Source: Octopus sinensis (Eukaryota). Taken from it: a stretch of 8,181 nucleotides of DNA. Under the pieces are notes generated by a model. That model was given only the letters and a program-made list of their open reading frames with translations. It was not told the origin of the DNA and made no database searches. The position numbers were made by a program, and so were the translations under genes. Below are positions 1 through 6,754 of this stretch, one piece after another. The DNA lies in contig NW_021828517.1 of NCBI RefSeq assembly GCF_006345805.1, forward strand, positions 1-8,181, read 5' to 3'. How positions within the stretch are numbered: the first letter of the stretch is position 1; every line of letters starts with the position of its first letter.

Positions 1-79
1 TAAGCACCATCACAATGCAGTCATAGGTACACTATGCCTGAACAAAGTATGGTGTACACGCAGTTGGACTGCATTTTAC

Positions 80-129
80 CATGGGTCTACTGGATCAGGA
101 CAAGCCTGGGGCTAAACAGCAATAGCAAC
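80..129 (+). repeat. Short dispersed repeat remnant (copy 1 of 3), ...atcagg..gcctggggctaaaca + CAA-like tail
   Basis: catgggtctactggatcaggacaagcctggggctaaacagcaatagcaac aligns by eye with 854-914 (cataggtctgaccaatcagggttggcctgcggctaaacagaaacaac) and more weakly with 314-372. All three end in (C/G)AA-type repeats, as a retroposon 3' end would. Confidence 0.55.
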
Positions 130-313
130 CAGTTTCCTTATCATAACATAGCAAGGTATATACAAATATCACAAGGTATATGAAGAGAGCCCCTACAGAG
201 CTACTTGAAATGCTAGAGACACCAGTTAAATTACACCTTGTAAAAATGAAGGACACATTGGAAAATGTGGTTCTGAGTATACAGAAATACAAGGTGGTCA
301 TGGTTGGATCATG

Positions 314-372
314 TTTGATCATTGTGCTTTGAGCTGGGCTGACCTGGGCTGAAATACAGCAACAACAACAAC
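314..372 (+). repeat. Short dispersed repeat remnant (copy 2 of 3) with (CAA)n tail
   Basis: tttgatcatt...gggctgacctgggctgaaatacagcaacaacaacaac is similar to 80-129 and 854-914. Confidence 0.45.
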
Positions 373-556
373 GCGTAATAGTCTCCACCTATCAACCTAT
401 ACGCTGATGATAGTGCGTGTCTCTATACACCCATCCATGACTACCTCTGGGGAGTTTAAAATGTCTGCGGAAATTAAAACGTTTTCTGAAATGTCATTGC
501 GATGGCATCAGGTGACAGTTACTGTATTACGTCATAGACCACCAGGAGTGACGATA

Positions 557-760
557 GTGATGATGATGATGATGATCATCATCATCATCATCATCGTCGT
601 CGTCGTCGTCGTCGTTATGTATGTGATGATGATGGTGGTTGTAGCGGTGGTAATGATGATGATGATGATTGTGGTGGTGGTGGTGGTGGTGATGATGAGG
701 ATGATGAGAAGGAGGATAAAGATGATGTTGGTGGTGGTGGTGGTGGTAGTAGAGATGACG
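557..760. repeat. Compound trinucleotide microsatellite (GAT)n/(ATC)n/(GTC)n/(GGT)n
   Basis: Direct reading. It produces the poly-M/I/V, poly-H/D and poly-T ORFs. Confidence 0.97.
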
Positions 761-853
761 TTTAGGGCAATAATCATAATGAGGATATTGCATTTAACAA
801 CATCCCTACGACGGTCACGAATAGGAAAAGACGGGGATGATCACAGACGGATC

Positions 854-914
854 TTTGATCTCTAATCATAGGTCTGACCAATCAGGGTTGGCCTGCGGCT
901 AAACAGAAACAACA
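854..914 (+). repeat. Short dispersed repeat remnant (copy 3 of 3)
   Basis: tttgatctctaatcataggtctgaccaatcagggttggcctgcggctaaacagaaacaac shares cat.ggtct, atcagg and gcctg.ggctaaacag with 80-129. Confidence 0.55.
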
Positions 915-933
915 TCATCCACAAGAATAAAAC

Positions 934-1066
934 AGATACCTCCATTCTAACAACATTATTGTACCCCACCACAGTCACTAATACACTATCCCAATTACAC
1001 TTAGCTCTACTACTATCACGCCGATTCAAATCCGCTATTGTAGGCGTAGGCGTAGCTTTGCGGTAA
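934..1066 (+). repeat. Left arm of 133-bp inverted repeat
   Basis: Its reverse complement matches 1139-1271 at 128/133 positions without gaps. The same peptide (YRKATPTPTIADLNRRDSSRAKCN..) appears in the minus ORF 862-1137 and the plus ORF 1119-1337. Confidence 0.97.
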
Positions 1067-1162
1067 TATATATATATATAGTAGAAGATATTACGCAGTG
1101 GACTGAACCCGGAACCATGTGTTTGGGAAACAAACATCTTACCGCAAAGCTACGCCTACGCC
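1067..1162 (-). mobile_element. Family-1 tRNA-headed SINE, 5' fragment with internal deletion
   Basis: The minus strand reads ggcgtaggcgtagctttgcggtaagatgtttgtttcccaaacacatggttccgggttcagtccactgcgt-aatatcttctactata. This aligns with the heads at 2949 and 5447. It has a B-box-like gggttcagtcc and lacks the ggcaccttgggc segment. Confidence 0.85.
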
Positions 1163-1271
1163 TACAATAGCGGATTTGAATCGGCGTGATAGTAGTAGAG
1201 CTAAGTGTAATGGGGATAGTGTATTAGTGACTGTAGTGGGGTACAATAATGTTGCTAGAATAGAGGCATCT
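1139..1271 (+). repeat. Right arm of 133-bp inverted repeat
   Basis: Reverse complement of 934-1066. Mismatches are at arm positions 74, 97, 117, 124 and 129, counted from the spacer. Confidence 0.97.
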
Positions 1272-1298
1272 CTTGTTTATAACACATATATACAGATA

Positions 1299-1392
1299 TT
1301 GGCCTGCTCGCTTAGCCAGCGGGGTGGCGTCATTTGAAGGCTAAAACAATGCGTAGCGCATTGTGACCAGCGATGTGTAACAACATCTGATA
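1299..1392 (+). mobile_element. 3' fragment of a third interspersed (SINE-like) repeat containing an 8-bp hairpin
   Basis: GC-richer island ttggcctgctcgcttagccagcggggtggcgtcatttgaaggctaaaacaatgcgtagcgcattgtgaccagcgatgtgtaacaacatctgata, which I recall as the 3' part of a common octopus SINE-like repeat (recall only). The hairpin acaatgcg-tag-cgcattgt at 1346-1364 is seen directly. Confidence 0.6.
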
Positions 1393-1411
1393 TAAATAAT
1401 ATATATGCATA

Positions 1412-1476
1412 TATACATACGTCTACGTACATACTTACATCTATACATACGTCTACGTACATACTTACATCTATAC
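1412..1476. repeat. Perfect 30-bp tandem duplication (about 2.2 copies)
   Basis: atacatacgtctacgtacatacttacatct occurs at 1413-1442 and 1443-1472, followed by atac. Confidence 0.95.
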
Positions 1477-1477
1477 G

Positions 1478-1520
<43 letters not shown>

Positions 1521-1527
1521 ATGTGTG

Positions 1528-1563
<36 letters not shown>
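1477..1563. repeat. (TA)n-(TG)n compound microsatellite
   Basis: Direct reading. Confidence 0.97.
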
Positions 1564-1565
<2 letters not shown>

Positions 1566-2211
1566 ATATGTGGGCACAGGAGTCACGAAACGTGTACAAG
1601 AAAAAATACGAAGTACGAGTACATAGAATATGAACTATTTTTTCGAACAACGAAAGACACAAATGGAAAACAAAGACAAACAACATAAAGAACGACCCTT
1701 CATCCGTTGTTAGCTGTGTGTCTAATCTTGTATTTCGAACATTTAAAAACAATATATACTTTCGATAAAACAGTTGCTCCCGCAAAGCAAATTAAGTCAA
1801 ACTTGGGATTTTGTGGAGGATCAAAATTGGTAATACAACAGGACAGTGAAAACAAACAGGAAGAGCTGCTTAGACTAAGCAAAGTTGTGGTGGCGAACGC
1901 GAAAATCAAGCTTGGACAGGAGAAAGACAAGAACATGTCTTCCTTGTTCCAACCACAACGGAGATAAAGAAACACAAGTTAGGAGAAGAAAGAAAGATGG
2001 CCGATGGTCACGTGGGAGCCACGTGAGCAAGTGAGGAGGAGGGAAGGAGAGAGAGTGACAGTAATAGGTTAGAATAGTGGGAGAAGAGGAGGTAAAAGAA
2101 TGCGAGAGAGAAAGAAAGAAAAACGAAAGAGTAAAAAGATCGCATAGAGTGCGCATCAGAATTATTAAGATAAAACTTACTTGGAAGAGGATGCGTGGCG
2201 TTCAATCATAT
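1564..2211 (-). mobile_element. Interspersed repeat copy A, possibly the 3' end of a Penelope-like retroelement
   Basis: Homologous to 2569-2930: aaatggaaaaca at 1661 and 2641, aacgacccttcatc at 1691 and 2672, similar ggattt.tggagg.tcaaa, and a shared terminus tat.tggg.acagga abutting a microsatellite. The minus strand near 2205 reads (tat)ga-ttg-aac = degenerate Y-G-L-N, like the C-terminal GLN motif of Penelope GIY-YIG domains. The two copies imply a CTGATGAAGGG consensus. Repeat status is solid; the Penelope assignment and strand are tentative. Confidence 0.5.
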
Positions 2212-2242
2212 ACTAATATAAATAATATATATAAATGCATAT

Positions 2243-2255
2243 ATACATACGTATA

Positions 2256-2297
<42 letters not shown>

Positions 2298-2406
2298 ATG
2301 CACACACATGCATATATGGGTACAGGACATCACTAACGGTATACATACGTAATATATGTACACACACACACACACACACAACACACCACACACAAACACA
2401 CACATA

Positions 2407-2453
<47 letters not shown>

Positions 2454-2512
2454 GCACAGACATATGCATATATGGGTACAGGACATCACCAACGGTATAC
2501 ATACGTATATGT

Positions 2513-2558
<46 letters not shown>

Positions 2559-2600
2559 CGCACACACATGAATATATGGGTACAGGACATCACCAACGGT
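2243..2600. repeat. Three-unit tandem array with constant cores and variable (CA)n/(TA)n spacers
   Basis: Units are 2243-2340, 2341-2496 and 2497-2600. Each starts atacatacgt(aa/a)tat..gtac and ends cac..catg.atatatgggtacaggacatcac(c/t)aacggt. Confidence 0.93.
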
Positions 2601-2930
2601 GCAAATAACATGAAATAAGTAAAAAAAAAAGGAGAAGAAAAAATGGAAAACAGGATAAATATACACAGAGAAACGACCCTTCATCATTTGTCGGCCGTCT
2701 ATCTACTCCTCATTTCGAGCATTCAACGACAATATGAGTCTTCAAAGACAACAATTTAGGATTTATGGAGGGTCAAAGTTGGGAACAAAAACATGACAAT
2801 GGAGACATACAAGAAACCGAACAAAAACAAATATGGAAGGTCGTTAGACCAGAACGAGAGGAAAATAGTGAACGCCGGGAGAAATATTTTCTTTGAAAAG
2901 AGAAAAGATATAATAGGGAGAGAAAAAAAC
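2569..2930 (-). mobile_element. Interspersed repeat copy B (diverged relative of copy A, truncated)
   Basis: Colinear similarity to 1564-1905 at an offset of about 980 nt, with an internal deletion near 2750 relative to copy A. Confidence 0.55.
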
Positions 2931-2948
2931 ACGTCATACGTATATATA

Positions 2949-3131
2949 GGCGCAGGAGTGGCTATACGTTAAGAAGCTTGCTTTCCGATCACATAGTTCC
3001 GGTTTCAGTCCCACTACGTGGCACCTTGGGCATGTGTCTTCTACTATAGCCTTGGGCCAACCAAAGCCTTGTGAGTGGATTTGTTAGTCGGAAACTGAAA
3101 GCCCGTCGTATGTGTGTGTTTGTGTGTATGT

Positions 3132-3174
<43 letters not shown>

Positions 3175-3372
3175 GCGTGTGTATGTGTCTGTATTCGTTC
3201 CTCCCCATCATCGCTTGACAACCGATGCTGGTGTGTTAACGTCCCGTAACTTAGCGGTTCGGCAAAAGAGACATGGTACTAGTTTTACAAAGAATAAGTC
3301 CTGGGGTCGATTTGTTCAACTAAAGGCGCTGCTCCAGCATGGCTGCAGTCAAATGACTGGAGCAAGTGAAAG
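2949..3372 (+). mobile_element. Family-1 tRNA-headed SINE, near full length with internal (TG)n
   Basis: Head ggcgcaggagtggctatacgttaagaagcttgc with B-box-like ggtttcagtccc, then a CORE-like ggcaccttgggcatgtgtcttc segment, body to 3110, (TG)n at 3110-3190, and a 3' module ending aaatgactggagcaagtgaaag. Colinear with the reverse complement of 7470-7802. Confidence 0.9.
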
Positions 3373-3397
3373 CTAAATGTTTAAAAAAAGACACCGT

Positions 3398-3439
3398 ACG
3401 ACGACGATCACCACCACCACCACTACCACCACCACCACC

Positions 3440-3471
<32 letters not shown>

Positions 3472-3730
3472 CAAGATTAACACCGACAGTATGGCTTCTA
3501 CTACAACAGCATCATCAACAACATTATAGCAACAACATGACAATCAATACCAGTACTACCACCACCACGCCAACAACACAACACCACAGCAATATGATCA
3601 ACGATACTACAACAGTAGCATCACAGCAACGTTGACAGCAGCAACATAAACACGACCACCATTACAGCTACAACATTGACTGCAGCACTGAAACAAGATC
3701 GTTACAACTACACTGCAGCCACTACTAGCG
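3398..3730. repeat. (ACG)/(ACC)n/(AAC)n microsatellite decaying into degenerate CAN-type low complexity
   Basis: Direct reading. Source of the poly-P/T/Q ORF 3366-3635. Confidence 0.9.
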
Positions 3731-3760
3731 CAGTGATATCAGAAACACCAATACTGTTGA

Positions 3761-3779
3761 TACTACTACTACTACTACA

Positions 3780-3858
<79 letters not shown>

Positions 3859-3920
3859 GTAATAGTAATAGTAATAGTAATAATAATAATGATAAGATTT
3901 TTTAATAATAATAATAATAA
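3761..3920. repeat. (CTA)n then (ATA)n microsatellite
   Basis: Direct reading. Confidence 0.97.
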
Positions 3921-3925
3921 CAATT

Positions 3926-4077
3926 AGAAGAAGAAGAAGAAGAAGAAGAAGAAGAAGAAGAAGAAGAAGAAGAAGAAAAGAAGAAGAAGAGAAGAAGAAG
4001 AAGAAGAGAAGAAGAAGAAGAAGAAGAAGAGAAAAGAAGAAGAAAAGAAGAAAGAAGAGAAGAAGAAGAAGAAGAAG
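3926..4077. repeat. (AGA/GAA)n pure-purine tract, about 150 nt
   Basis: Only A and G on the plus strand from 3926 to 4077. Confidence 0.97.
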
Positions 4078-4651
4078 CCCTGATGCAGTACAAGACAGTG
4101 GCTCTCATGGCTTCTGATCTTAACTGATCGGAAGTGTTATCATGTACATTGTTTTGTCTTAGTATAAAAGATGGGCTACAGCAAATATTCTGCTCAATAC
4201 CACAGATTTGCTTGTCAATTGTTTGACCTTAACCAGTTGAGCATGTCCCTTAGTGGCTGACGATATGTGCATCTCTGGTCACAAGCAGAAGTAGTGGGGG
4301 AGCATCATAGCCATGTGTTAAGAGGGATTCTTGGAGGTTTGGATAATTCACCCTTGGAAACATGGGTGGTTCGTTCAACATCCTTAAACAATCCTTATTC
4401 AGTGACCTTTTGAGCGGGATGGGTTACTCGACCAGGAGAAAATTGTAACTGGGCCCCATCTGCAGGGTCATGCGCTGTTTATTTTGATATGAGATCACCA
4501 TGTCGCGGACATATGGTTGTGATGCATGTGCCTAGTGTGCCCTTATCAGACGGGTAGTCATGATGGGTATACTGGGCTTCGTATATTTTACCCCAGTGTC
4601 ACTTTGACAGCATGCACTGCTCTCTCTCTCACTCATAATAATAATAATAAC

Positions 4652-4733
<82 letters not shown>
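4078..4733 (+). mobile_element. Probable 3' UTR of a 5'-truncated LINE-type element with (TAA)n tail
   Basis: About 555 nt of complex, more GC-balanced non-coding sequence ending cactgctctctctctcactc and followed by about 100 nt of (ATA/TAA)n. I recall this as a high-copy octopus repeat. The LINE assignment is inferred from the simple-repeat tail. Confidence 0.55.
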
Positions 4734-4734
<1 letters not shown>

Positions 4735-4784
4735 AAAAGCAATACTGTGCAATGATCAACACGGCATTGCTAGCACTACCATCG

Positions 4785-4867
4785 CTACCACCACCACTAC
4801 CACCACCACCACCACCACCACCACAACCACAACAATAACAGCAACAACAACAACAACAACAACAACA
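4785..4867. repeat. (ACC)n-(ACA)n microsatellite
   Basis: Direct reading. Confidence 0.95.
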
Positions 4868-4957
4868 TTGGGGTGTATACTTCCACATCCACCCCACCAG
4901 TCAGTAATTTCGCAATAAATATGTTAAGCCTTTGTTTCATCATTTATATCAGTCACT

Positions 4958-5321
4958 CATACACGCACACGCACGCGCGCACACACACACACACACATAC
5001 ACACACATACACACATGCATATACTTATACATATGCAGACACACGCACACATTACCGGCACACACAATCATATAGACAGATATATTTATGTACGAGTATA
5101 TTGTAATACACATGTATAATAATTACATCTAATCAGAGTATATAAAAATGACATACGCACAATTTATATTTGCATATGATGTATGTCTATGTGTGTATGC
5201 ATATATATATATGTGCGTGTGTGCGTGTGTTTGTGTGTAACATGCATATTATATATATATAATATATATATAATATATATATATTATATATATATATATA
5301 ACATATATATTATATATACAT

Positions 5322-5395
<74 letters not shown>

Positions 5396-5440
5396 CATAC
5401 ATACATACATACATACATACATACATACATACATACATAC
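4958..5440. repeat. Mixed (CA)n, (TG)n, (TA)n and (ATAC)n simple-repeat region
   Basis: Direct reading. (ATAC)n occupies about 5391-5440. Confidence 0.93.
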
Positions 5441-5446
5441 AAACAA

Positions 5447-5586
5447 GTGGCTGTGTGGTAAGAAGCTTGCTTCCCAACCACATGGTCCTGAGTTCAGTCC
5501 CTCTGCATGGTGTCTTCTATTATGGCCTCGAGCCGACCAAAGCCTTGTGAGTGGACCTGAGAGACGAAAACTGAAAGAAACCCGTA
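5447..5586 (+). mobile_element. Family-1 SINE 5' half with internal deletion
   Basis: gtggctgtgtggtaagaagcttgcttcccaaccacatggtcctgagttcagtccc has A-box-like tggctgtgtgg and B-box-like gagttcagtccc. It aligns to 2959-3107 but lacks the caccttgggca segment. Confidence 0.9.
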
Positions 5587-5811
5587 CTATACCTGGATAT
5601 TCTACTCTCCTATACTTAGAACTTCCTACACTTCGGACTCCTATACTTCAGACTTCCACCTGGTTTTTCTGCCTCTCTCCTACATACATATGGATTACAC
5701 TGGACTCTTCCGTTGATGAGAAATCGATCCAATACACCACGACGTTTGAACCTTTTGAACTTTTCTGAACTTTTTTTGTATTTTCTGCTTTTTCCTATCG
5801 TCGCCAAACAA

Positions 5812-5856
5812 TATGGTTGAGAAGCAGGCTTCTTACCACACAGCCACTCCTGCGCC
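5812..5856 (-). mobile_element. Family-1 SINE head fragment
   Basis: The reverse complement ggcgcaggagtggctgtgtggtaagaagcctgcttctcaaccat matches the heads at 2949 and 5447 (32/35 to 5447-5481). Confidence 0.88.
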
Positions 5857-6280
5857 TGACATTTTATGGAGGAGTGGTTGATTTCAACGATCCGTGTGTG
5901 CAGCTGGTATTTATTTATTTAAGGCGGCGAGCTGGCAGAAACGTTAGCGCGCCGGATGAAATGCGTAGTGGTATTTCGTCTGTCGTTACGTTCTGAGTTT
6001 AAATTCCACCGAGGTCGACTTTGCCTTTCATTCTTTCGGGGTCGATAAATTAAGTACCAGTTACGCACTGGAGTCGATGTAATTGACTTAATACCTACAT
6101 CTGTCTTTGTCTGTCCCCTCTATGTTTAGCCCCTTGTGGGTTATAAAGAAATAGGTATTTATTTGATCGACCTCGAAAGAATGAAAGGTAAAGTCGACCG
6201 CGATGGAATTTCAAGTCTGGAAACAATGTCATTTAAGCATTCCGTCCGGCACAGTTACAGTTCTTCGAGCTCACCATCTT
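5853..6280 (-). mobile_element. Older family-2 tRNA-headed SINE, split by a nested insertion
   Basis: The 5' part 6154-6280 (rc aagatggtgagctc...gaaattccatcgcggtcgactttacctttcattctttcgaggtcgatcaaataaatacc) and the 3' part 5853-5916 rejoin into one copy colinear with the inserted element once 5917-6164 is removed. Confidence 0.8.
5917..6153 (+). mobile_element. Younger family-2 tRNA-headed SINE with 11-bp target-site duplication
   Basis: aaggcggcgagctggcagaaacgttagc head, A-box-like tggcagaaacg and B-box-like gagtttaaattcc (5995-6007). Flanked by direct repeats ggtatttattt at 5906-5916 and 6154-6164. Confidence 0.9.
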
Positions 6281-6754
6281 AGTAATAACAACAGCGATAA
6301 CATCAACATTAGCAACGACAAAATATCACGGTCAGGGACCGAATTTTGAACAGCCGGTCACTGAAGAAGAAAGAAAAGCAGCATTTGAAACCGGAACTCA
6401 GAGCATTATGGCATACTATAGTGCAATGTATTTTTGGTACGAGAGTATAGAGGGCAGGAGGGTAGAATGTCGAAGCAGTCGGTGGGGGAGTCAGAGACTT
6501 TGTGTCGTCGCAAATATTAGATGTCGGATGATAGCCTCAGTAGATTTGCCACTGACCTTTACAAGGTGAGAGGTCAGCAGAAATAATGGTCAGCGGTCTG
6601 AGGCTTTGGACAAACCTATAGATCGTTACCAACAACATCACGACATACGACATATTGATAAGAATATCTCTATGGCAACCAGAGAATAATGCTATCAAAA
6701 AACGGACATACATACATGCATAAAAATATTGTGTCGTCTGCGTATATGTTATTT

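Noticed and set aside
152-181. 10-bp direct repeat caaggtatat with 20-nt period
   Set aside because: It is too short and has only two copies, as expected from a trivial local duplication or chance.
180-332. 50-codon plus-strand ORF MKRAPTELLEMLETPVKLHLVKMKDTLENVVLSIQKYKVVMVGSCLIIVL with a hydrophobic C-terminus
   Set aside because: It is short, has no recognisable homology or convincing splice sites, and its end overlaps a repeat remnant. tBLASTn or RNA-seq would be needed to revive it.
934-1271. MITE with 133-bp TIRs
   Set aside because: No TSD is seen, the outer ends are the least conserved part, and the inner ends are a SINE head. Local inverted duplication fits better.
862-1337. Two ORFs sharing an almost identical peptide (apparent gene duplication)
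   Set aside because: The shared peptide simply reflects the DNA inverted repeat and includes SINE-derived sequence. There is no evidence of coding function.
2243-2600. CRISPR array
   Set aside because: The context is eukaryotic, the spacers are microsatellites homologous to one another, and there are no cas genes.
1690-2720. Hammerhead ribozyme in copies A and B (near-CTGATGA and GAAA boxes on the minus strand)
   Set aside because: Each copy has a mismatch in the CUGAUGA box, and I could not build compatible stems I, II and III in any topology.
5604-5663. Resemblance to an FRT (Flp) site arm (cctatactt, gaacttc)
   Set aside because: There are only 7-9-nt matches, with no inverted 13-bp arms around an 8-bp spacer. 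This is compatible with chance in a CT-rich repeat.
2949-6010. tRNA genes suggested by A- and B-box motifs
   Set aside because: The boxes belong to SINE heads followed by SINE bodies, and no complete cloverleaf can be formed.
6354-6400. Minimal hammerhead-like string ctgaaga...tttgaaaccgga
   Set aside because: It lacks the NUH cleavage triplet (GGA instead of GUH), stem II is weak and no stem I partner exists.
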